Virus record (IMG/VR): IMGVR_UViG_3300021399_000099
Coordinates: 128,001-192,000 of that record
Source of the DNA: a virus
Taxonomy: Duplodnaviria; Caudoviricetes
Direction: 5' to 3' (one strand)
Length of the DNA stretch: 64,000 nucleotides
In this document: piece after piece, positions 52,418-61,205 of the stretch
How the letters are laid out: every line of letters begins with the position of its first letter
How positions within the stretch are numbered: position 1 is the first letter of the stretch
Program-made: the position numbers and the translations under genes
Notes under the pieces: generated by a model
Seen by the model: the letters and a program-made list of their open reading frames with translations, nothing else
The model's database searches: none
What the model was told of the DNA's origin: nothing

Positions 52418-52612
52418 TGGTGAGGGTAGGATTCGAACCTACAATAGCCAAATTAAAGGCAGCGAGTGTACGAGTTCGCTTTGCTCACCTACCACGCTCG
52501 TAACGTGGAATCACAAACTTATCTACATATCAATTATAGTTTCAATAAGATGTACGGTCAAATCTACCTCTATAATCTCAGTTAGCTTCGTCTGAAACTT
52601 TGCTGCCTCACC
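52418..52612 (-). ncRNA. Tyr-like tRNA with about 110-nt D-region insert
   Basis: GGTGAGG/CCTCACC acceptor, T-arm, loop ACTCGTACAC. Confidence 0.58.
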
Positions 52613-52649
52613 ATATATATCAATGAACTTTTATATCAATGAACTTTAG

Positions 52650-52723
52650 CGGTCCTGACCGGATTCGAACCGGCACCACGCACCGTGACAGGGTGGCATT
52701 GTAAACCATTCAACCACAGGACC
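52650..52723 (-). tRNA. tRNA-Asp(GUC)
   Basis: loop CTGTCAC. Confidence 0.85.
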
Positions 52724-52731
52724 AATATTTG

Positions 52732-52844
52732 TGGAGATAGATGGCATCGAACCATCACCCGTTATTTTTTCTCAGATTTGTACTCTGACCGAACTTGCAG
52801 CTTTCGCCTTGGGCCCGCACTCTGCCATATTGAGCTATATCCCC
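52732..52844 (-). ncRNA. Ala-acceptor (G3:U70) tRNA-like RNA without a normal anticodon arm
   Basis: GGGGATA/TATCTCC acceptor; multi-hairpin centre. Confidence 0.55.
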
Positions 52845-52852
52845 ATTTAATG

Positions 52853-53267
52853 TGCGTCCAATGGGACTCGAACCCATAACGCCTTACGGACCCCTCTGAT
52901 TAAAAGTCAGATGCGCTACCAATTGCGCCATGGACGCCTAATTTTCAAAGAACTTTTCTAATATATTACAAAAGCCATGCCAAACTTTTTCAGTTCTTAT
53001 AATTTTTTTGTCGGGACAGAAAGATTCGAACTTTCATTGCTACTGTATCAGAGTAGTATCCTAAGACCGTTTAGATGATGTCCCGTTATGTTTCAAATAA
53101 CTTTTGTGGTCCCGGTGGGATTCGAACCCACAACCCGACGGGTAAGAGCCGCCTACGCTAATCCAGTTGCGCCACGAGACCATATTTATTTGTGCCCCCG
53201 GTGGGACTCGAACCCACAATCACGCACCTTAAAAGGGTGGAGCTTTAACCAATTCAGCTACAAGGGC
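52853..53267 (-). tRNA. tRNA-Lys(UUU, long V arm) 52853-52937, Ile(GAU) 53011-53085, Lys(CUU) 53107-53181, Lys(UUU) 53193-53267
   Basis: cloverleaves; anticodons read directly. Confidence 0.85.
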
Positions 53268-53352
53268 TTTCCAAGAACCTATTTGCCGGCTTAATTTATT
53301 ACCTGTAACCGGCAGGCTCCATTTTCTTTCTTAGCCCTCGTATCTTGGAGAG

Positions 53353-53589
53353 CTAAAGATTGTATTTTCGTTTAAACTCTTTCATATCTATTTCTTCTTT
53401 TTTAACTTCCGTTCTTTTTCCGTTAATGACAACTTCAATGGGGAACTGTGATTCGTCCCAGAAATACTCTTCCGGCTTCACCTTTGTTCCGTCTTCAAAA
53501 AACAATTCACATTCTCCCCTTTCAATCATCTTCCTAACCATCAAGGTTGCAACATAAATTGCTTCTATTTTTTGTTCGTTGTCTGTCAT
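53353..53589 (-). CDS. hypothetical protein
   Basis: 78 aa behind sigma54-type motif 53601-53620. Confidence 0.6.
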   Translation of the reverse strand: MTDNEQKIEAIYVATLMVRKMIERGECELFFEDGTKVKPEEYFWDESQFPIEVVINGKRTEVKKEEIDMKEFKRKYNL

Positions 53590-53815
53590 ATTGTCTATAT
53601 TATCAAAAACCGTGCCAAACTTTACTTTTGAAACGGACTTTTTAATCCTTTCGTGTAAGGTATGTAGTAAAGTACTTGATTATCAGTCAAATTCTCGTAC
53701 CACTCGTCAAAGTACTTAAGAAACTTCTTATGTACGTTATACCTCCACTCGTTCCAAAGGTATTCTTTTAACTTATCGTTTTGCCCCGCTTTCCATAACT
53801 ATATTCTTTATTTCG

Positions 53816-54133
53816 AGCCCAGAGCCGGATTCGAACCGGCGAATGTCAGTTTTGCAGACTGATAGGTTAGACCACTTCCCCATCTGGGCATATTTTGTGG
53901 AGCGGACGGGGTTCGAACCCGCAACTCCATCCCTCATATAACTGAATGGCTTTTCCGTTTTTAAAGCTACCACCCCATTTTGTACCCCGGGCCGGAATCG
54001 AACCGACATCTTATGTTCCGTAGACACACGCTCTAATCCGTTGAGCTACCAGGGCATTTTTGTAGTCCCAATGCGAATCGAACGCATATCGTAGGAATCG
54101 GAATCCTAAATTCTTCCGTTAAACTATGGGACC
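53816..54133 (-). tRNA. tRNA-Cys(GCA) 53816-53889, atypical Ala-acceptor tRNA 53898-53976, Arg(ACG) 53983-54055, Arg(CCG) 54063-54133
   Basis: cloverleaves. Confidence 0.8.
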
Positions 54134-54314
54134 ATGGTAGCCGTGACTTTAATTACGCAGTTACACGGCACCCCTATCTCTGCGAGCAACCATTACGGTT
54201 TCTGTTAGGGTTATGTTGCTATCAACCCGTCAGGCCGTCGTCCCTGCTCTAGCGCTGCTTCCGCGACAGACACAATTTCTTCCCTATCTCAGTCTAAGGG
54301 GAACCTGACTATTG

Positions 54315-54389
54315 AGCCCTCAGTCGGATTCGAACCAACACTTTTACCATACCACAGTAATGTACTCAACCATTAAATACGATAAGGGC
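54315..54389 (-). tRNA. tRNA-Thr(GGU)
   Basis: TTACT-GTGGTAT-GGTAA. Confidence 0.75.
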
Positions 54390-54397
54390 TTAAAACG

Positions 54398-54575
54398 TAC
54401 CCCCGTGCAGATTCGAACTGCAATTAAGAGTTTAGGATTGGGTAGCGGGAATTGAACCACGCGACACACTGAGGAATTGCTTCCACCGGCTCTGACCACC
54501 TGAGCTATACCCGATAATTTGTTTCGGTAAATTACTCCGTGTAAGACTCTGGTCCTTCCATTGAACGACAGGGGC
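54398..54575 (-). tRNA. tRNA-Arg(UCU) with 107-nt intron containing nested tRNA-like domain
   Basis: exons rejoin to AGAGT-CTTCTAA-ACTCT; intron 54436-54542. Confidence 0.72.
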
Positions 54576-54746
54576 ATATTTCAAAATGATGTCTTCCCAC
54601 CAGAATGATATCCTTCTGTTTTTTACGTGGGATGGTATCTGTCATTTTCCAATCTCGGGAGTTTCTCATCGGAAAGCGCTTAATCCGTATGCACCACCTT
54701 CTTCATTAGACGACTTGACATCATTATATATTTCAAAGAACTTGTG

Positions 54747-54820
54747 TGTGGCTGGATGGATTCGAACCAACGGCTTTCTGCACGTCAAGCAGATGTACTT
54801 ACCCACTATACGACAACCAC
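54747..54820 (-). tRNA. tRNA-Val(GAC)
   Basis: loop TTGACGT. Confidence 0.82.
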
Positions 54821-54948
54821 ATAAAGCGACAACCCGCGAATTCTATCTTGCACAACGGTATCATAGTTAAGGCTGGCCGAAGAGTTACCCCTCGATTTAA
54901 AGTTCCCATGAACACACCTTAACACCTCACTATATTTCAAATAACTTG

Positions 54949-55020
54949 TACCCGGGAGACGACTCGAACGTCCAATCTTCGCTTTAGGGGAGCGCTGCAT
55001 TTCCATTATGCTACCCAGGC
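54949..55020 (-). tRNA. tRNA-Arg(CCU)
   Basis: loop CCCCTAA (C33). Confidence 0.75.
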
Positions 55021-55034
55021 ATATAATCTTATAT

Positions 55035-55120
55035 TACAAATACCGTGCCAAACTTTTCAAACTACTAAAAAAAATTTCATTTGTTTCTGGACCACTATAT
55101 TACAAATACCGTGCCAAACT
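55035..55120 (-). promoter_or_regulatory. tandem sigma54-type promoters heading the tRNA array
   Basis: TTTGGCACGGTATTTGTA twice (55035-55053, 55101-55119). Confidence 0.75.
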
Positions 55121-55135
55121 TGAGTTGTGGGTATT

Positions 55136-55246
55136 AAAAAACCTCCGAATCTTGGGTTTTTCCTTGCCGGAGCCTTAGATTGGAGGTGAAGTTAAGATGT
55201 ATGTTGTGGTTAGAAACCTATGTGCGATTTTTTTCTAAGTTCGCAT
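55136..55246 (-). promoter_or_regulatory. amber-containing leader overlapping an intrinsic terminator (attenuator candidate)
   Basis: ATG CGA ACT TAG ... CCT CCA ATC TAA; hairpin CCTCCAATCT/AGATTCGGAGG followed by T-run. Confidence 0.6.
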
Positions 55247-55498
55247 CACTCCTACTTCTCCCCTTGCTCCGGGTGCCTCATACCATTCATTACCTTTAAG
55301 GTAACTTCCACAGAGTACGGCAGCGGCCAGGTCAATTCTGGTGAAATCGACTGGGCGTGAAAACTGCTTCGTATTATGTAACATCTGTGTCATTGAATGT
55401 ATGATTTTTTTTGTTTTTGATTTTTGTTCGCTATATAAATAGTACAAAAAATAAAAAAGAAAAGCAAGAGAAAAATATTTTTTTTTTAAATTTTTTTC

Positions 55499-55993
55499 TT
55501 AAAACTTCTTTTTTCTGCCCTTTTCCTTCTTCTGGGCGGCTCTTTCTGCCTTTTCCTGGGCTTTCTTCTCAGCCATCTGTGCGAGTGTATATTGTGCAAG
55601 GAGTGCCGAATCAACTGCAGCGTTCTTGAACTTCTCGTACATACCTACCGGGACCGTAATGCTGGGGGCACCGATGATAATCTTCTCCTTTTCGCTGTCA
55701 TAGGAAATCTGGTCCATTGCAAGACGCAGCCACATATATTTGTTATCCAAACCGTTCTCGTCAGGTCCGTCCGGGAGAAGGTCAAAAGCTTCCCCATTAA
55801 CAAGCACAAGAATGAGGTCCTCACGACCGGAAAGATATTCGGCATATTCGTTCGCCCTGACAATCTTTACGACTTCCTTAAGATTCACAACGTCAAGTGT
55901 TTCAAAATCAACGAATTGTGAAAGACCAAGCTCGTGTGCAATCTCATCAACAAGTTTTACGATACTTTCATCTGCCTTAAAAAACTTTGCCAT
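55499..55993 (-). CDS. hypothetical protein
   Basis: 164 aa with basic C-terminal tail. Confidence 0.7.
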   Translation of the reverse strand: MAKFFKADESIVKLVDEIAHELGLSQFVDFETLDVVNLKEVVKIVRANEYAEYLSGREDLILVLVNGEAFDLLPDGPDENGLDNKYMWLRLAMDQISYDSEKEKIIIGAPSITVPVGMYEKFKNAAVDSALLAQYTLAQMAEKKAQEKAERAAQKKEKGRKKKF

Positions 55994-56086
55994 ATTCAGT
56001 TAAATGTTTAAATTATTTATTATTGTATTTTTTTACCTTATATTGTATTGTAAAGGAAATATACAAACTATTTTTTAAAAAACCAA

Positions 56087-57076
56087 ATGGCTGAAAGAAC
56101 AATCACCGAAAAAGAAAGACTGAGAAGGGAACGCCTTGCTGAGAGACGCAGGGTGGGGTTTCTTGCGTATCTTGAGCGGAGAAAGAAGGAAAAGGAAGAG
56201 AGGAAGGAGCTTGAAAGGTTGGAAAAGGAAAGAAAGAAGTTGGAAAGGGAGGCGGAAAAAAGGGAAAGGAAGAAAAAACCCGTCGTTAAAAAAAGGAAAG
56301 TCGGTAGGCCAAAGAAGCGTGGCCCCAAGAAAAAGAGGAAATACATATCCAGGAAGCCGAAAATCGACAAGAGAACCTTAAGGATATACGACTATAAGGT
56401 GGTGTCGTGCCATAACGGGAAACAAAACGGCTATGTCGGTGTATATGTAAGACCGGAAGAAGCGTACGAAGCCATTGAAAGGCTTATGGAGGGGCAAGAG
56501 GACATAATTTTCCCGGCAAGGATTCAAATCACGGACACAATCCACGATTCAAGGAACGAATACCTTATACTTGAAAGGAACAGGTACGGCGATAAGGAGG
56601 CCCCACTTTTAAGGAACTCATATGGGAAACTTGTAAAGCAGGAAACCAACTCGGACACCTGGATTATTATGGATAAGATAAGGTACGATGTGGAGGAGAC
56701 GTTCTGGGTATATGGTTACGACCCGTCAAGGGGAAGAAAGACGTTCGAATGGATATACAATAATATAATAACGGGTAACATCGAAAGTTCCTATGACATA
56801 AAAAGGGTGATATTGTACAAGAACAAAATCATCATAAAGGACGATGTCGGGGGGCTCGATATCGTATTCTGCAAGACACCAAGTGAGGGAATACGCTTCT
56901 ATAACCTATTGGGTGAATGGGTGTTAAAGAACAAGATGAAGAAACATATCTTCTTGCTCGGGGACTATAGCAAAATTGGAGATAAGCGGAGGGCCCTGGA
57001 AAAGGAACTTGTTGAAAAGACCGGCTGGACGATACGGAAAATACAGATGAGCACAAGTAAAAAATGCAGATTATAG
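56087..57076 (+). CDS. hypothetical protein with highly basic N-terminus
   Basis: 329 aa; KRKVGRPKKRGP AT-hook-like motif. Confidence 0.75.
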   Translation: MAERTITEKERLRRERLAERRRVGFLAYLERRKKEKEERKELERLEKERKKLEREAEKRERKKKPVVKKRKVGRPKKRGPKKKRKYISRKPKIDKRTLRIYDYKVVSCHNGKQNGYVGVYVRPEEAYEAIERLMEGQEDIIFPARIQITDTIHDSRNEYLILERNRYGDKEAPLLRNSYGKLVKQETNSDTWIIMDKIRYDVEETFWVYGYDPSRGRKTFEWIYNNIITGNIESSYDIKRVILYKNKIIIKDDVGGLDIVFCKTPSEGIRFYNLLGEWVLKNKMKKHIFLLGDYSKIGDKRRALEKELVEKTGWTIRKIQMSTSKKCRL

Positions 57077-57142
57077 TTTTTAGTGTTTGCTGGACTATTT
57101 ATGATAGATAATAAAATAATAAAAACAGATAAACAACAAACT

Positions 57143-57961
57143 ATGGCAAATCTAACTTATTTCAAAAAATTCAGTACCAAGAGTGATTATGACACTTATA
57201 TCGGGGGAGACCCTGTATTACCTAATGTAAGTATTGTTGCAAATGAAGACGTGTATTTCAAAGACGGGGAAGGTCCGGTACCACCACATGATTATTCACA
57301 AGATTATTTGACATTTGTAATGCTTGAGGATGATGCCACAGTAAGTACAAGCTATGATGACATCTTTTTCTCGAGCGACAACGGGGAAACGTGGCTCAAT
57401 GGAGAAATTACTGGTTTAAGTGCAGGGGACAAAGTTTTAATTAAAGCCAATAGACCCGCGTTTGTGGGTAGCAATAAAACCGCCTTCAGCGTCGACAAAA
57501 ATTTCAATGTTGAAGGAAATATTATGTCATTAACTTATGGGGATAATTTCAAAAACCAAACCACACTTCCTCCTTATGACGAGCAGCATGAGTATGGCGA
57601 ATTTTGTGGAATTTTCTTTTATTGTAGTAGTTTAATTTCCGCTGAAAATCTTGTATTACCCGCCACAACATTGACAGAGAAATGTTATAGTGACATGTTC
57701 ATTGAATGTACATCCTTAACAACAGCACCTGAACTTCCTGCCGCAACATTGGCAGAGAATTGTTATAATAATATGTTCCAGCGTTGTATCTCCTTGAATT
57801 ACATCAAATGCCTTGCAACAAATATATCAGCAGATAATTGTACATATAATTGGGTAAATGGCGTTGCTGCAACCGGTACCTTCGTAAAAGACGCTTCCAT
57901 GACCGATTGGACATCTGGTAGTGACGGTATTCCTAATGGTTGGACAGTACAAGACGCTTAA
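57143..57961 (+). CDS. BspA-like LRR protein
   Basis: shared N-terminal MANLTYFKKF module and LRR repeats. Confidence 0.85.
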   Translation: MANLTYFKKFSTKSDYDTYIGGDPVLPNVSIVANEDVYFKDGEGPVPPHDYSQDYLTFVMLEDDATVSTSYDDIFFSSDNGETWLNGEITGLSAGDKVLIKANRPAFVGSNKTAFSVDKNFNVEGNIMSLTYGDNFKNQTTLPPYDEQHEYGEFCGIFFYCSSLISAENLVLPATTLTEKCYSDMFIECTSLTTAPELPAATLAENCYNNMFQRCISLNYIKCLATNISADNCTYNWVNGVAATGTFVKDASMTDWTSGSDGIPNGWTVQDA

Positions 57962-57996
57962 TTGAAATAAAATAATAAAAATAGATTGTAAAAAGT

Positions 57997-59577
57997 ATGG
58001 CAGAATTAACTTATTTCAGAAAATTCAAAACAAAGAATGAATATGACACTTACATTGGTGATACTCCTGTATTACCTAATGTAAGTATTGTTTCTGACAG
58101 TGATGTATATTTCACAGACAGAGATACACCAGAACCGCCATCCCCATATTTGTCAATGCCTTTAACGATTGAAGTTACTGCCGGGACAGGAACATTAGCG
58201 TTTAATAGGGTAGAATTAAAATACAAATTAAATGACGGAGAATGGATATTGGACGATAACCCGGTCATTTCTGTGTCAAGTGGCGATATTATACAAGTTA
58301 AACAGGATTACCAAGCCCCTAGCGGCCCTGGAAGTGGCAGTGGTTCAGGAAGCGGTAGCGGCTCTGGCAGTGGTTCAGGAAGCGGTGACGATGGGCCACA
58401 GTTGTTTACCGCCGACGGCTCTTTGTTGTATGTTGTTTATGGTAATATAATGAGCATATATCAAGAAGATGGCTTTGAAAGTTTAACCTCATTTGCCGGA
58501 GGAGAAGAAAATGTGTTTTCCGAATTGTTTCAACTTTGCACCGGTTTAACTTCAGCTGAAAATCTTATATTACCTGCTACTACATTGACAAGTAATTGTT
58601 ATCAATATATGTTCCTTGGTTGTACAGCATTAACCGCAGCCCCTGAACTTCCTGCTACAACATTGGCAGGTTATTGTTATGGTCGTATGTTCTCTGGTTG
58701 TACCTCATTGACCTCAGCACCGGCACTTCATGCAACAACATTGGCAGAGTATTGTTATACTGGTATGTTCCTTGGTTGTACATCCTTAACCACAGCACCT
58801 GAACTTCCTGCTACAACATTGGCAAGTAATTGTTATAGTAGTATGTTTTATGGTTGTAGGTCATTAACAACAGCGCCAGCACTTCCCGCTACCACATTGG
58901 CAAGTGGTTGTTATGATGGTATGTTCTGTTATTGTACATCATTAACAACAGCCCCTGAGTTACCTGCAACAAAATTGGCAAATAGTTGTTATTTTAATAT
59001 ATTCAATGGTTGTACATCTTTAACCACACCGCCTGAATTACCAGCAACAACATTGGCAGATAGTTGTTATTATGGTATGTTCGCCGAATGTGCATCCTTA
59101 ACAACAGCGCCTTCATTACCTGCTACTACATTGACAGAGAGATGTTATGAACGTATGTTCCAAGGTTGTACATTATTGACAACAGCACCTAAATTACCAG
59201 CAACGACATTGGCAAGTTATTGTTATCAAGGTATGTTCCAAGGATGTACGTCATTAACCACAGCTCCTGAACTACCTGCTACTACATTAGCACAGTATTG
59301 TTATAGGAGTATGTTCCAAGGTTGTACAAGTTTAACAACAGCACCTGAATTACCTGCAACCACATTGACAAAATATTGTTACAATGGTATGTTCTCTGGT
59401 TGTACGTCATTAAATTACATTAAATGCCTTGCAACGGATAAATCAGCAATTTATTGTACGACTTCTTGGGTAAATGGTGTTGCTTCAACTGGTACATTTG
59501 TTAAAAATCCAAATATGTCATCTTGGACAACCGGCATTAGTGGTATCCCTTCAGGGTGGACCGTACAAAACGCTTAA
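57997..59577 (+). CDS. BspA-like LRR protein (about 11 repeats, GS linker)
   Basis: 72-nt tandem repeats; (GS)n linker at about 58330-58386. Confidence 0.88.
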   Translation: MAELTYFRKFKTKNEYDTYIGDTPVLPNVSIVSDSDVYFTDRDTPEPPSPYLSMPLTIEVTAGTGTLAFNRVELKYKLNDGEWILDDNPVISVSSGDIIQVKQDYQAPSGPGSGSGSGSGSGSGSGSGSGDDGPQLFTADGSLLYVVYGNIMSIYQEDGFESLTSFAGGEENVFSELFQLCTGLTSAENLILPATTLTSNCYQYMFLGCTALTAAPELPATTLAGYCYGRMFSGCTSLTSAPALHATTLAEYCYTGMFLGCTSLTTAPELPATTLASNCYSSMFYGCRSLTTAPALPATTLASGCYDGMFCYCTSLTTAPELPATKLANSCYFNIFNGCTSLTTPPELPATTLADSCYYGMFAECASLTTAPSLPATTLTERCYERMFQGCTLLTTAPKLPATTLASYCYQGMFQGCTSLTTAPELPATTLAQYCYRSMFQGCTSLTTAPELPATTLTKYCYNGMFSGCTSLNYIKCLATDKSAIYCTTSWVNGVASTGTFVKNPNMSSWTTGISGIPSGWTVQNA

Positions 59578-59645
59578 TAAAACAAAAAAAATAAAGTTAA
59601 AGCACAAAAAGCCGTAATTCTGCGGCTTTTTTAATTAAAAGCAAC

Positions 59646-61205
59646 ATGAAGAGTTGTATACTAACAATAGTTAAAAACGAACAGGAATATCTTGATGAGT
59701 GGATAAGATACCATTTAAAACTAGGTATCGACCACATCTTTGTTTTTGAAGATATTGACAGTAAATCTCATAAAGATATCACGGATAAATATAAAGATAG
59801 CGTATCGTTATATAGCACGTTTTCAAACTTAAATGAAAGTGATAGGAATAAAGCGCTTGAATTAAAGAAAACAAGGAAGTGGAACGTACAGCATATATAT
59901 TTAAGAAATTCTTTGCTATGGCTCAAAAATACATTTGCTGACATATACGATTGGTGCTTTGTAATAGATAATGATGAGTTTATAACGTTTGAGGACAAAA
60001 CTAACACGTTGGAAGATATTTTCCGACTATATGAAGATTATGATGCTTTTACAATGCAATGGGAGTGTTACGGAGCTAACGGGCTTGTAAAAAAACCGGA
60101 TTACAAAAACAATAGCTTAATTGAAATATACAAAGAAAAAGCCAGTGGTTACGTGCCAGATACTGCTGATTCCCTACTCAAAACATGCTACAACATAAAA
60201 AAATATAAAAATGAATTCTTCTTCAATCAGCATCATCCAAACAATAAGTGTAATTGGTGTAATACGAATTTCAAAAAGGATTATAGAAATCCAGGCCACA
60301 ATAACGTTTATTTAAGGCATTATATAACCAGGTCTTGGGAGGAATATGTTTGGAAAAGGAAAGAAAGGGGGTTTATGTGGGGCAGAATGAGGGATTTTGA
60401 CCTTTTCTTTACTGTTAACCCGGATATGAACAATTTAAAGGCTGAACTTGTTGGAAATGTTAAAAAGGAAGTCTTGGTTGTGCTTCCATATAAGCAAGGT
60501 GGGTCGCAGGGAAATGAAATTAGGCTGGCGCTGCGCGGGTGGAAAAAATTTTGTCAATTTAAATATCGTTTCGTGGTGATTGGGGAATTTGATGAATCAC
60601 TTGATACCGAATTTCCGTGGGCCGAATTTATATTCATACCACAAGGTAATAAAATAGAGGGGCAGTATACGCAACACATCAACGTTCAAAATTGTATGGA
60701 AATTATAAATAAAAGATACGATAAAGAATATGATGGTTTTATATGGATGGTGGATGATAACTATGCGATTAAACCGTTTGAATTGGAAGATATAATGCAA
60801 ATTCATTATCATTCAAATAGTTTTACCGGTGACGAGAACAAACCAACATCTTTCTGGCAACACGATAAATGGAAAACCAGACAACTATTAGACCAAAACA
60901 ATTTACCGTGTAAGAATTATACAACGCACTATCCATGTTATTTTGAATTTAAAAAGTTAAAGGAAATATGGGACAAGTTCGGTATGAGAGAAGAAAGCTA
61001 TGTCCTTGAAGACATTTATTTTAATTATTTCCCGCACGAGGAGCCGATACTTGATTCAACAATACGTTTAGGAATCTGGGATAAAAGAATATTTGAACGA
61101 GAATTTCAAAAAGCTATTGAAAATCCGGATATCAAGTTCGTTTGCAATAGCGTCGAAGGATGGAGCAAGGAACTGGAGGACGAATTATGGAAAATTGTTA
61201 AATAA
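59646..61205 (+). CDS. glycosyltransferase (GT2/GT92-like) fused to a second GT-like domain
   Basis: VKNEQEYLDEWI.YH..LG.DH, IDNDEF, HYIT; second WMVDD domain. Confidence 0.78.
   Translation: MKSCILTIVKNEQEYLDEWIRYHLKLGIDHIFVFEDIDSKSHKDITDKYKDSVSLYSTFSNLNESDRNKALELKKTRKWNVQHIYLRNSLLWLKNTFADIYDWCFVIDNDEFITFEDKTNTLEDIFRLYEDYDAFTMQWECYGANGLVKKPDYKNNSLIEIYKEKASGYVPDTADSLLKTCYNIKKYKNEFFFNQHHPNNKCNWCNTNFKKDYRNPGHNNVYLRHYITRSWEEYVWKRKERGFMWGRMRDFDLFFTVNPDMNNLKAELVGNVKKEVLVVLPYKQGGSQGNEIRLALRGWKKFCQFKYRFVVIGEFDESLDTEFPWAEFIFIPQGNKIEGQYTQHINVQNCMEIINKRYDKEYDGFIWMVDDNYAIKPFELEDIMQIHYHSNSFTGDENKPTSFWQHDKWKTRQLLDQNNLPCKNYTTHYPCYFEFKKLKEIWDKFGMREESYVLEDIYFNYFPHEEPILDSTIRLGIWDKRIFEREFQKAIENPDIKFVCNSVEGWSKELEDELWKIVK

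Noticed and set aside
35809-55006. Many 60-220 aa ORFs listed across the tRNA array
   Set aside because: They overlap clear tRNA or ncRNA genes and have no protein-like composition; they are shadow ORFs.
57074-57143. Amber read-through fusing the 56087 ORF to the LRR gene (same frame)
   Set aside because: The intervening DNA holds the same TATTTAT/leader sequence as the stand-alone paralogue at 62830, so the shared frame is probably chance.
58330-58386. 24-nt direct repeat
   Set aside because: It simply encodes a (GS)n linker.
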